Shown here piece after piece: positions 48,486 through 60,823 of a stretch of 64,000 nucleotides of DNA. Source of the DNA: Anthoceros angustus (lineage: Eukaryota; Plantae; Anthocerotophyta). The position numbers and the translations under genes are program-made. The stretch is from positions 434,001-498,000 of the forward strand of contig MU008155.1 in assembly GCA_010909165.1 (NCBI GenBank), read 5' to 3'. Below the pieces are notes generated by a model. The model was not told where the DNA came from and ran no database searches. It worked only from the letters and a program-made list of their open reading frames with translations. Position 1 is the stretch's first letter. Each line of letters begins with the position of its first letter.

Positions 48486-49987
48486 TCAATGCGTTCCTTC
48501 CTTGCTGAGCTTGGAAAGAAGAAAAAGGCAACCAGAGGCCAGAAGTATGGATGCAGCAAAGCATAGAAGATCCAAACCCGAGTTCACAGGAACCTTCTTG
48601 CTCTTCTCGAACATCCCAACCAGCAGAATCATGACAATGACATGTCCCAGTTTTGTCTTCAGCTCATCAAGAGATCGTATCTCCAGCCATTTTGGTCGTT
48701 CCTGCTCGGAGCACTGGAGTTCAGATGCAGTGCAGCAGCCCATGAAAGAAGCACTGGACTTTGCATTTGGGTTGTGAAGACTACTTACCCTCAGTCTGAA
48801 CAAGCCGAACAGATTAGAGCCGCACATGGCTGACCTTCCTTCACAAGCTTCACCCGCTATTTCTAAGCTGCTAATGAAGAGTTCATACAGGCCCATGCCG
48901 AATATGAGCATGACTGTACCCATCAGATACACATCTGCACACAAAACTCTCCATGTGTCAACCGGCAAGTAGATGGGCAGAATGGAAACTGAGTACTTGA
49001 TCTGGGCAACTTGCCTTCCAGAGTCCATTAACTTCAAGAACTAGAGTCCGGCCCAAAGGCGAGCAATGATGAGGGAAGCTTACCAACAGCCTCAACAAGA
49101 AGCAGTATCACTTTCCCAGTCCGAATCCCAGAGAACTGACAGCAGAAGTACTCCCGGAAGGATTCCACAATGAACAACGACCCCTGATCACAACCGTTCC
49201 AAATCGAGATCAGAAAGCTGTAGGACTAACAGTGGGAAAGCTACAAGGGAAGACTATTGCTGACAGATTCTTTTCTGAACCATGTCCAACAGATTCAACA
49301 ACATGGACAAGGCAATAATCACCTTGAAGAAGCATAAGAGAGACCCTGCTAGCGAACCAAACACAGCCATGATGGCGAAGAACCGACAGTTGAATATCAC
49401 CTGCACCAGCGCCAGCACCGGCAACAAGAACAGAGCAGATGAGACTCACAAAGCAGAAAGGAATGCAAGAAAATGAGGGCAGAACAAACCCTCTCAATGA
49501 GCTCCTCCAGGCGGCGAGTTCTCTCCAAGATAGTCTCCTGCCTGGGCTTCTTCCCAGCCTGCTTCACATCATCCTCACCGAGCAAGGATGCAGCCAGGCC
49601 CCGAGGAGAGCCTTCGAGCACGGCCGTGTCGTAGTTGGCCGCTCCATTCTCACCTCTGAGATCCTCCTGAGGAAGCGGAAACACACTTTCATGCTGCGAT
49701 GCCCTCACCGTCCTCCCTCGCCTCACGGCAGCCCTGAGAAGCTTCCTTCTCGAAATGCTTCTCTTCAGCAACGGATGCACTCCAGACCCACAGCTAGACA
49801 AAGCCCCCAAACGAGCCGACAAGGACGCCCCCACATCGCCTATACATCCCAAATCGCCCAACCACAATCCCGACGGCTTCCCAAGTCTGGAGCTGGGCGG
49901 GGACAGGTGGGACAGGGAATGAAGCCTCGCATTCAAGTCGCATCCCTTGCAAGAGGACAAGCCCACATGCATCCCCACACTCCCCAT
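48486..49987 (-). CDS. UPF0114 (YqhA-like) membrane protein, probably plastid-targeted; multi-exon
   Basis: LEELIER|VIFNCRFFAIMAVFGSLAGSLLCFFK..DVYLMGTVMLIFGMGLYELFISSL..GSNLFGLFRL|ERPKWLEIRSLDELKTKLGHVIVMILLVGMFEKSK. Confidence 0.9.
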
Positions 49988-50811
49988 GATCGGAGCAAGC
50001 AGGAGCTCTACCCGAGCAGCCGCAAATTCACCCGCTCACTCTCCCAGGACACTGAATTCAATGGCATCCGCAGCCTGACAACAAACCCACTTCCATCACC
50101 AACACCTCCCGAGCAATGGAAGGAACGCAGCACGCAGACAGCACCGCCCACCAATCCCTCCCGGCAACTAATGATGGTCTGGCTGGCAGGAAAGCACCCA
50201 CAAGCGGCATTCCAAGCGGCGGGGCAGGAAGCATTGAATCACTGCAACGCGAGGAATGCAGCAGGAAGGTGAACGGTTCCAGACAACCCCGACTTTCAAT
50301 GTGCGTTCTACTGTACTTCACTCTGCTCCGCGACTGCACTGCACAGGACTTGGCTGCACTTTAGTGCTTCTGCTTACGGCGCCGCCCACCCTGGACCTTC
50401 CATACAGGAATCGGGCAAAGGGAATTGGGCATCTCCACTTCGGTGGGTCTCTTGCATCGCATCAGCAGTCAATCCTCCATTGGTTACCGGGACAAACGGA
50501 CCCACCATGTGCGCTTCCGGCCCTACCTGGTTGCCATAGTATCGTCCGTATGTATGCACATAGATACATACGCAACCTCTTCCCTGCTTGTTTATCCAGC
50601 CGCCAAACACGAGAGGTCCAGATTTTCCAGCGGCTCAGACTGCCTCGCCGGCTGTCGTGGCCATCGCCCACGAATTTTCCATGCAATTCTCTGCCTCTAG
50701 TGTGTGCAAATCGATTCTGGGGAGAAAGGAATTCTTAGCACGAAGGCCCCTGCTCGCTGCTGGACTGAGCGTTGCAGCAGGAGCAGGAGGCAGGAGGCAG
50801 GAGCAAGAGCA

Positions 50812-52950
50812 ATGCAGACGGGAGCAGTGCTGCACGCTGGGGGCTTGAGGGCGGGGCTGTGTGCCGGGCCTGCCAAGCTCGCCTTCACCAATTTGGCTGC
50901 ATTCTGCTCCAGTGGTGTCACTGCCGCTCCGCTGCTGTGCGGGAGAGGAAGCTGCAACGCCGTTGCAGACAGGGCCCGGGCTGCGGTTCCCCGCTTGGTG
51001 CGCGCCATGGCTTCTGAGGGCAATGGCAGCACTGCTGGTGAGCTTGCACTTGGGGAGGATGGTGCGGGAGGGAAAGAAATGCAGCATGGAATGGCTATTG
51101 TGGGCGAAGGCTTTGTGGGCGATGATGTTGTGGGTGATGGCATGCTTTTGTCTTGGTATGCAGGAAAGGCAGGTACAGCTCCTCGGCTATCTGATGCAGC
51201 TGCACTGATCAACAGCGTGGAGACTTTCATTTTCGACTGTGATGGAGTGATTTGGAAGGGAGACACTCTGATTGATGGTGTTCCTGAGACGCTGGATCTA
51301 TTGCGGTCTCTGGTCAGTGAATGTAGGCCACTGCTTCGATCCTTGAGTGTTATGGGCACGCATTGCAGTACCCATTCCATCGGTCCGAGGGTGCTGGAAT
51401 GGGTGTCCAATTGATACCTGGTTTTTGCAAACAGGGTAAGCGGCTGGTGTTTGTGACCAACAACTCTACCAAATCGAGGAAGCAGTATGGGAAGAAGTTT
51501 GAAACTCTTGGGCTGACTGTGACGGAGGTGACTTGTCTTCTGATGGTCATAAGCTCTTCTGCCCTCAACATGATGCATACTTTTAATACAGGAACACTCT
51601 GACAGGAAGAAATTTTCGCGTCATCGTTTGCGGCGGCTGCTTACTTAAAGTCCATCAGCTTCCCTACCACGAAGAAGGTGCTTGTAGTAGGAAATGCTCA
51701 TCTGAAAGACTGGTTGGAAGGAAGGTCGTGCTGGTCTCGAGTTCTGATTTGGGGCGAGATGCCAACCTATGCAGGTGTACATCGTTGGTGAGGTTGGGAT
51801 TCAGAAAGAGCTGGAGCTCGCAGGCATCAACTACATTGGGGGGCCTGTATGACTTTCTTCATCCCCCTTTCTTGGGTCTCACCACAGATAGGCAGAGGAT
51901 TGACAGGACTACGTCTACCGATGGATCTGATTTTTGCAGGAGGATGGGGAAAAGAAAATAGATCTCGCACCAGGCCAGTTGATGGAGCATGATCATGACG
52001 TAAGTTCGAAATTGTTACTTCCGCTTTCTGCCTAGTTTGCAAGGCATTTTATCTGCCTTCACCGTTGTTGTTCTTTGTTGGCCAATGGTCCACATGTCTT
52101 ACTTGGCTTGTATGGGCAGGTGGGGGCAGTCGTGGTCGGATTCGACAGATATCTCAACTACTATAAGCTGCAGTGAGTTGTATCATTGAACTAGTGGTTT
52201 TATCGTCAATGGCATTGAACAAGTGGTTTTATCTTCAATGGGATTTGTCACCATGTTGTGTATGTAAACTGCCCAGGTATGCGACTCTGTGTATCCGCGA
52301 AAATCCCGGATGTTTGTTTGTGGCCACCAACTGTGATGCAGTGACGCATCTGACCGATGCACAGGAGTGGGCAGGTATGACATGCAGTCGGATGACAGCA
52401 CGGCTTGTTCAGATCCATCCATGTTTTGAAAGTTTTTTTTTGTCCTGTGCATAGGTGGGGGTTCTATGGTTGGAGCCATTAGAGGCTCGACCAAGAAGGA
52501 GCCTCTCGTGGTTGGAAAGCCTTCCACTTTTATGATGGATTACTTGGCTGAAAAGTAAGTGCCTGTGATGTCGTCTTTGGAGACACTTGCAACGTTGTTC
52601 AGCAACGTAGACATGTTAACAAGTTCTGAGCTTAGAAACTTCCTGTGTTTGCAGGTTCCAGATCACTAAATCACAGATTTGCATGGTTGGAGACCGACTG
52701 GATACCGACATTCTGTTCGGGCAGAATGGTGGATGTAAAACACTTCTTGTCTTATCAGGTACTTTCCCGTGGTGTGCGGTAAGATGAGACGTCTTTCAAC
52801 AAGCCTGCCAACTAACTACACGTTGTCTTTTCACACTCAGGAGTAACCTCACTGGCTACCCTTCAAAGCCCAGACAATCAAGTTCAGCCAGATTTTTACA
52901 CAAATCAGATATCGGACCTCCTGGCAGCTAAGCAGCTTGCACCTGTGTAG
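50812..52950 (+). CDS. PGLP1: 2-phosphoglycolate phosphatase, chloroplastic (HAD IIA); multi-exon
   Basis: ETFIFDCDGVIWKGD (HAD motif I), GKRLVFVTNNSTKSRKQYGKKF, ATNCDAVTHLTDAQEWAG, VGKPSTFMMDYL, ICMVGDRLDTDILFGQNGGCKTLLVLSG, QPDFYTNQISDL; transit peptide present. Confidence 0.96.
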
Positions 52951-53089
52951 GAGGTGCATCAACAATCTGTGTCTAAATTTCTTTGGTGGGAACGATTCTC
53001 TTACCCATGTACATCGGCCGCCCGCAATGTAGGATAGCTCACTCACTGCAATGGACGCCAAGAACACAATATGAGCTCCTTGTAACATG

Positions 53090-55200
53090 TTATAATAGCA
53101 CCGGTTCGGACGTTTGAGACTGAGAGCTATCTACGAGATCGCGTAGGGCTTCTTTCAGATCATGAATCCCATCTCCCAGTACTGCACAGGTCGGACAAAC
53201 TGGCATCCCTGGCACTTTCCTCCTCAATTCCTCCAGAACAATCTCTGCACCTTCTTCATCAACCTTGTTTGCTACCACCAAGGACCGCCTACGAGACAAC
53301 CCAGCCTGATAGTGTTCCAACTCATACATGAGCTCCCTAAGCTGCTCCCATGGTGATAAGCCTTTGCTTTCTCGCAAGCCGCCAGCCAAGTCCACTACAT
53401 ATGCCAAAACTTTAGTTCTCTCTATGTGCCTTAGAAAATCATGACCCAGGCCTCTGTTCTGATGAGCACCTTCAATCAAACCAGGAATGTCTGCAACTGT
53501 TAGTGAGAAAAAGTCCTCGAACTCCACTTTCCCTATGTTTGGCCTAAGTGTTGTGAATGCGTAGTGTCCAACTGCCGGTCTTGCCCGTGAGAGTGCCCCT
53601 AATAGGGTACTTTTGCCAGCATTAGGCATTCCAACAAGTCCGACATCTGCCAGACTCTTCAGTTCCAGCAGCAGCACAGCCTCAGATCCTGGATGACCCT
53701 GTTCATGCTCAAGCCTTGGCAAGCCCCCCTTCGTTTTGCCCATGGAGACATTACCCCTCCCACCTCGACCACCAGAAGCAACTATAACACTCTGGCCAGG
53801 TTTTACAAATTCTACCACACAACTACGAATGGGCAGAGGCATGGCTTCTCCATCGTCTGCAGCCTCGGTATCTGGATCTGTGATCTGCTGGCTAGAGGCC
53901 TCTACCTCCTCATTGTCTGGAGACTCAGTATCTGGATCTGAGGGCTGGTCGCTCGAGGCATCCACCTCCTCATTGTCTGCAGCCACAATAACTGGATCCG
54001 TGACCTGATGGCTAGAAGGGTCCACCTTCTTGTCTGGGTGCCCATCATCTGCACAGACTACCGCCTCAGAAGTCAAGCCCCCATCTGAAGGCTGATGGCT
54101 TTCCCTCTTGTCAGAGACCGACTCTTCCGCCAACTCCACACTATCAACTGCCTCGGTATCTGTCTCCTGCAACTCCTGGCTGTGGACAACTGTGCCTCTA
54201 GAGAAATTTCTCTCCAGCGTACTCCATGATGACTCATCAGGAGTGACTGATGGAAGCTCAAATGAGCTCAGAGACCCCTCCAGTAGGTGCATTACAGTCC
54301 CAACAGGAACCTGCACAACCTGTCAAACATGGAAAGCGATACTGTAATTGCAGCTCTGCAAAGAGCAACAACTCCCCAGGCTCAACTCCAGCATTATACC
54401 TTGTCTGCACCTCTACTGCCTGCTCTTCTCTTTGAACTTCCAGCACCACCATTCTTCCCATTCTGCACAGTAAGACAAAGCATACTTAAGCAAGTAACAC
54501 TGGAGCCTCTCATCTCCAACAACTTGCAACAGAGACAGCGCCAGGTTCAAAACCACATACGAGATGGTGTTGCATATTACTGAAGTCCCAGACTACTGCA
54601 GAGCTGACAAGGATCACACTTCCTCCAGTGCCCCCATTACCTCCTGCACCAAACCCAACCTCAGAAATGACATCACGCAGCAGCAAAACGGGAAACGTGC
54701 ATCCACACATCATCAACATCAACAATCATCTTACAAGTTTACAAGTCGCGTTACCGTCAGCAAACCCATGACGGGCAAGGCGACTCTTTCGCATACTGGT
54801 ACACCCAGCTCCTCCCTGACCACCTCGAACATGTAACCGGTGCGTGTCCACCATCTTCCGTTCCTGCTCCCGACCACTTGCCCACATGAATTCCTCAGGA
54901 TCACGACACACTCCAACAACCCAATATCCAAACTCTTTCAGGCAGGCCCCACCTGCAACGGACTCAGCTTCCTCCTGTTGACATCTTTCGACAACAACAC
55001 CCTCACCGATTGTATCCATCGTCTCAATCCACCACTATCACATCTCATCCGCTGCCCCTGCTGCATTGCACCACAAGAGCTAGCTGCATCAGTACAAAAC
55101 CGCTTAATTTCCTACATATCATTCACGATTGAATTAGGCAACCCACCCAAGAATAGAGAGTGGACGAGAATAGCAGGCGAAGGCCGACCCTGGCCGCCAT
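53090..55200 (-). CDS. OBGM: Obg-family GTPase, mitochondrial type (OBGM/MTG2-like); multi-exon
   Basis: Gly-rich Obg fold (VRGGQGGAGC, GGNGGTGGSV, GGRGGRGN), ELKSLADVGLVGMPNAGKSTLL, YAFTTLRPNIG, DIPGLIEGAHQNRGLGHDFLRHIERT, NKVD. Presequence-like MAARVGLRLLFSS. Confidence 0.92.
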
Positions 55201-55408
55201 TCCCACGATACTGAGGAAAGACCACCTACATATTTCAGTTACCGTCCCGCCTTCTCAGTTTGGGTATAGTTTACTAACTCTCCTCTAGCCCTCGCTTTGG
55301 CTACGGTCGGCAGTTTGGGGTTCTGGGTTTTGCGCGATCTTCACTCACGTTGGAGAGAGTCGTATCGGGGGAAGATTCCCAGCAATTTTGAAAGGAAGTT
55401 GAGTCCAG

Positions 55409-57199
55409 ATGGTGTCTAAGCGCAAGCTGCGGGATGAAGCCTTGTCAGAGGGAAATGCTGGGTCGATAGGGAAGTCAAACAAGAAGCCAGCTTCTAGTGG
55501 TAAACGTGACGACTATAGTGAAGAGGAGGACCCAGTAAGTAGCGGCCTAGAAGGAGGGCTAGATGTTGTCCGCAAGTTGGAGTGGGTGGAAGCCGAAGAC
55601 TCTGAGGATGGTGACGACGATAACTTGCCAGATGCTGAAGTTGCTAAGGAGTCAAGGACCGGTGAGGTAGAGGAAGGAAGTGCTGAGCTTGACGAAGGAG
55701 AGTACTCTGGCTCAGAGGAAGATGAGGAGGAAGGCCTGGCCAGTGGTAGTGGTAGTGGTAGTGATAGTGAAAGGGATGATAAGGAGGATGCCGCAGGCGA
55801 GGGAAAGGCTGTGGGAGGGTTTCAAGCCGCCTACAGCCGAGCTTTCAGCAAAATTATGAAGAAGTCAGTTCCTGATTCTTCTCTTGCAAATTCGCTGGTT
55901 TGTCCTCCTTTCCTTCGTTTGATACTTCAGCATTGGTGGTCCGAGTTTTCGTCACATTTGTGGAGGCCGGTGTGGGCATTGAATTAGGTTATGTGCAGGG
56001 CCCTGTATTAGCTGAAAATAAGAAGTTGGTAGCAAAGAAGCTTGAAGAGGCCACCAAGCAAACTACGAATCCAGAGCTCAGCAAGGAAAGGAAAGAGGTG
56101 ATGGACCGTCAGCTTTTCATATTGAAGCCTTCTTGGCATCTTTGCAGCTCTTCCCACTCAATTTCTTGTGACATGTGGACGATTTGTTGCAGAAACGTGA
56201 GCTAGGGCACGTTCGTCCACTTTCCTACACAGACAAACATGAAAAGGCTCTCAGCAAGCTTGCCACCAAAGGAGGTTGGCATCTGCTCTTTCCGTCACAA
56301 TTCAGCTACTGATGTTTGATCTTTGTCGTATTTTCTGACAGTTCTTGTGTGGTTTGTATCATGTGCTGAGCGTCATCAGTTGTAATGCTTTTTAATGCGG
56401 TAAGCGGTCCTTATCTTCGGCCTCCTCCTCGTTACGATATCTTATCCCTTCCTCACTCCCTTGCTTAGGAAGTCGAGACCCTACCCCCGGTGCATGCGTT
56501 CTGTACACCACAAGCGTGCTGATGCAATCGTTTCTGTTGTGTTGCAGATCAGCTCAGCTCAAAAAATACAAACTGGTGTCCCAACTGACTCCTGGAAAGT
56601 TGCGAAAGGTGAACTTGTAGCTCGGATGCTACTGCATGCTTGAATAGAATGTTGCAATATGCTGAACTTGAGTTATACTTGCCTTTGTCTGGCCTCATAA
56701 ACGTTCAATTTCTCATGACTGCAGCGGTGACAAAGCAGAGCAAATCTGCTTTTCTGGCTGAGCTAAAGGGAGTTGCATCCGCAAATGCTGACAAATCTAG
56801 CAAGTCATGGGCTACAGAGCCACAACCGGATTCAGATTCAGATGATGTATGACACACGCCTTGTCGTTGCGCAACCTACCCTACCGGTGTCACATTGTTC
56901 GGGGAGCTGACTGGCCGCTTTGTGTTGGTTTTCCAGGCAAAGGAAGCGGCACCAGGCTGGTCCATCTTAAAAGACAACTTCCTGCGCAGCAAAGCCAAAT
57001 TGAAAGACTGGGATAAGAACGTGGTAAGCTTGTCCTTCAATCCTGCTGTCTAGGCGGGGTGGTGGTTGTGATGGTTCCTTTGCCTGCCCTGGTCTAACGC
57101 TTGAACCCATTTCTGCTTGATGGTCTGAAGGACACACTACCAGCCGAAGATCTGAGGACCTTTGACGACCACAGTGAGGGCGGTAGTGACGACGACTGA
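55409..57199 (+). CDS. RRP15: Rrp15p-family pre-rRNA processing protein; multi-exon, includes a 20-nt microexon (56380-56399)
   Basis: Acidic N-terminus, AFSKIMKK, GPVLAENKKL, GHVRP..EKALSKLATKG|VVMLFNA|ISSAQK, SKSAFLAELK, PGWSILKDNFL..KLKDWDK. Confidence 0.88.
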
Positions 57200-57684
57200 T
57201 TGTCGTGTTGCCATGCTTCTGTTGCTTGGCCCTTGTAAACAAGACACAGCATACGCTGAAGCTGAAATCTCATCATCATACTAAGGAGCGTCTCCTTTCT
57301 GTCGGGCTTCCTTGCCGTAGGCCCGTAAGCCGTTGTGCAGTAAAAAAGTTTAACATCGTGCGATAGCAACTTTGCAGCAGTCTACCTGTTGCTCCGGCCC
57401 TCTCGTTTCGCCTGATGAGAGCCAAGCGTGAGGTGAGGTTTCGGAGCACGCCACGTTGCGAGCTACGTGCCGGACTGGTTGGCTGGATTTGGTTTGAATC
57501 AGGCAACATCGGGGAGGGCAAGGCAAGGAAAGGCACGAGAAAGGGAATCCAAACCACACCAGAGGTGCAACTGTCGGAGCAGGTTGCAAGGTAGATACAA
57601 AGATGTGATACGAAGCTTGCCCATCGATCCAGCGACGATGCAGTGCAAGTGTGCCTGTTAGCGGTGCCGTCTGCCCACCGCAAG

Positions 57685-59251
57685 ATGCTCAATTCCGTGG
57701 GGCAACCCGGGATTGCGCATCTGGTGGATGTGGGCGCGTGTTCGAAGAGTATTGGGAGGGGCTTCAGGCAGCGCTGCCGGCTGCTGTCAGTGAGGTTCGT
57801 GTTCTGGGAAGGAACTTTACCGGTGGGGAAGGAGCTGCGGTGGCGCCTGAATTCTGGGAGCAGGCAGAGCAGCAGCAGCAGGAGCAGGAGCAGCAGTGTG
57901 GTGGTGAGGGCGTTGGAGAGGGACAGGAGCGGGAGGGATGGGGAGAGCGTGGATGGCTGGGACCCGGAGTTCGAAATCGAAGTGCCCTCCGACCAGCGCC
58001 CGGTATGGTGGGTGATGATGCCCATCACCTTGGGATTGCCGTTTTGGGTGATGTGATGTGGGCACGCAGCAGAGACAGCGCGTTCTGAGATGTGAGGATG
58101 GCTGGATGCATGGATGGATGTATTGTGCAGGCGAATGAGCTGGCAGCGTTGAAGGAGTCTGTGCTCTACTCTTGGGCTCAGCTCAGCCCGTTGCATTTCG
58201 CTCTTCGTCTCGGAGGCTTGTGGGTGCTGTTCTTCCTCCTTCTCGGTAGCCCCATCTCTGCTGCCAGTTTTGAGCCTTCCCGAGTAGGCTGCCTCGCCTC
58301 ACCAGCACGTTGGTTGGATTCATTTCTTTGCTCTGGACAAGAATTGGACTGTCGTTAAAGGCAACTGAGTTGTCGGCAACTTTGCAGGAGCCCTTGAAGT
58401 TCGTGCTGGCTGCCGGAGCGGGAGCACTCTTCCCTGTCGCTCTTCTCGTTTTACGAATGTACTTGGTAGCCTCTTCGTTCAGACTTATGATGCCAAACTC
58501 ATATGATGCCAGCGTATGGTACTTCCATGTCTGTGGAACATAAGGTTCACACCTGCCTTTCCCGCACCTTGTCAGGGATGGAGCTATGTTGGCAACAGGT
58601 TGCTGTCTGCAGTGGTCCCGTACGAAGAAACAGGGTGGTACGATGGACAGCTTTGGGTGAAGCCGCCTGAGGTCGTACTCAGTCTCATGCTGTTGATGCA
58701 CAGCAGATAGCAGCAAGGTTTGATATCTTTGCAGTATTCACATCCGTTGTTTCCTCATCCCGTTCTGCTTGCTTCATCCTTGCTCTCAGGTTCTGGCAAG
58801 AGATCGGTTGCTAGGGGCCTACCAGGTCAAGCCTATCATGAACCGGTTGAAGCAAACGCTGATCGGGGCTGCTGCTCTTCTTGCCACAGCTACAGTAGCT
58901 CTTGTCGCCTTGCTCCCTCCACAAGAGGATGCTTCTGTGTTCACCCCCCGACGGGCCAACTCGGAGGCCATGGCTGCGGAGGGAAAACTCGGCTTCAGGT
59001 CTGCTTTCTTCGTCCATCCCTGCCAAGCAATCAGCCTCTCGTTTCATCAAGCTGAGCCGTTCTGATCCATGCCTGCTCCTTCGTACAGGGCGAAAGACCT
59101 TCTGAGTCTCCCAGTGGAGGTGGCCGATGACGATGAACTGGCAGCTGCGGCTGCAGCTGCTGCCAAAGGGCGGCCTGTCTACTGCACCGATCGATTCTAT
59201 AGAGCCCTTGCAGGTGGCCAGTATTGCAAGTGGGAGGATTTGATGAAGTAA
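57685..59251 (+). CDS. CGLD27: Ycf36/CGLD27 (DUF1230) chloroplast membrane protein; multi-exon
   Basis: EIEVPSDQRP|ANELAALKESVLYSWAQL, GWSYVGNRLLSAVVPYEETGWYDGQLWVKPPE|VLARDRLLGAYQVKP, PVYCTDRFYRALAGGQYCKWEDL. Confidence 0.9.
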
Positions 59252-59561
59252 ATTTGTTGTTCCAACTTCTCTCTCAATTAATTCAACATTCAGCACAACC
59301 GTGCTATCTATATGGTGGAAGTGGTTCTAAACGTGAGATGTAGATAGCTGCTTCGTCTGCGGCTGCTATCCGATCCGAGGAATAGCAAATCCCTGAGCAA
59401 CACCCTGCTTGTCTGATCCGTTTTCCGAGGAAGGGCAAAGGAAGCCAGTTTTCCGTGCAAGCAGATGAATCTCCCATGCCTAGAGACGCTGCAACTTTCC
59501 ATGCAAAGAAAAGCTATTTTGCGAGATGAAGATTTCACTGGAGGTGATACAAAACTGTCAT

Positions 59562-60568
59562 CTACAGGGAATTGGCAGGCACAGCTTCCAGCAGCCGCGA
59601 GAAGTAGAATTTGGTAGCGGTCATATCCCTGCGCTTGACGACCCAGCCGGCAGCCTTCAGAGCAGCCTCCACATCCTCCTCCGCATGCAGATAAGCTCTG
59701 GTGGCCTTGGAAGGGCCAGGGAAGAGCTCCCCGATCCGCTTCAGCACGGAGTAGTAGAGCGTCTTGGGAGCAAAGCTGAGCACCAGTCTCTTGTCCGCCA
59801 GGGACGCAAGGTGCGTGATCATCCCGCCGGCCTTGTCCTGCGGGTAATGGATGAGCACATCCAGGCAAGTCACAATGTCGTACTTCCCGGACAGGGATTC
59901 CAGGTCCCGGGCCTCAAACCTAGGCAGCGTGACGTTCTTCCCATCCCTAACCGCGCTCTCCACCGCGTCGGAAGCCCTGGCCCCGGCCTCGGCCACCATA
60001 GCCGACGAAATGTCGCTTGCGCTCACCACGGCCCCCTCCAGCGCCAGGGGGATGGCCAGGCTCCCGGTCCCGCACCCGGCGTCGCACACCGTGGCCCCCT
60101 GCAGCTCCCCGTCCCGGAGCAGCGCCATCACCTTCTCCACCGTCTGCGCGTGGCCCTGCCGGATGTCCAGCTGCACCGAGTTCACGTCGTCCGTTTCTCC
60201 ATAGATCCGCTTCCACCTCTCGAAGCCCTGCGTGTTGAAGTAGTTCCGCACCACGTCCTTCTCGTCTCCCCCGGCCTCGGCCGCCTGCTTCTGCCGCCGC
60301 TTCTCGGGGTCCGCGATCGAGAGCGCCGCTGCCAAAGCGGCTATGGCGCCCCGCCCGCCAGCGCGAACGTCACCCCGGATCCGCCATCTTCCAGCAATGC
60401 CGCCCTCGCGCCGTGCTGCCGCGCCCGGTAGGATTGCGGAGCGGGAGCAGCGCTTGCCGGCAGCCTCGTCCGCCACACCAGGCTCCCGTTCCTGCTCGTC
60501 CCTGCCCTCGGCTCCTCGCTCTTTGCAGCGCAACTGCACAGCAGTGATCCGCTTCCTGCTGCCGCCAT
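59562..60568 (-). CDS. CHLM: Magnesium-protoporphyrin IX O-methyltransferase; apparent 1-nt frameshift near 60350 in the transit/anchor region
   Basis: DPEKRRQKQA, VVRNYFNTQGFERWKRIYG, VQLDIRQGHAQTV, CDAGCGTGSL, CLDVLIHYPQ, SFAPKT..LKRIGELFPGPSKATRAYLH, FYFSRLLEA. Confidence 0.95.
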
Positions 60569-60823
60569 CGCAGCTGCGCCTGCCACTTCCGAGCGCCTCC
60601 AAACCCACGCTAAAACCTCGCCTCGCCCTTTCTGCTGCTTCCATGGCTGCTGCTGCTGCTACTGGCTGGGTCCTTGATCCCGCATTATCCAACTCCCCTG
60701 ACGTGGCGACTCCATGTTGTAAATGTCTTCGTACGCCATTCATGGCCAGACTTTCCTCACGTTTTGTTGGCGCTGTTGGCGCTGTTTTCCTGGTTAAAAA
60801 GTGTTAGCAACCTGCATTTTGAG

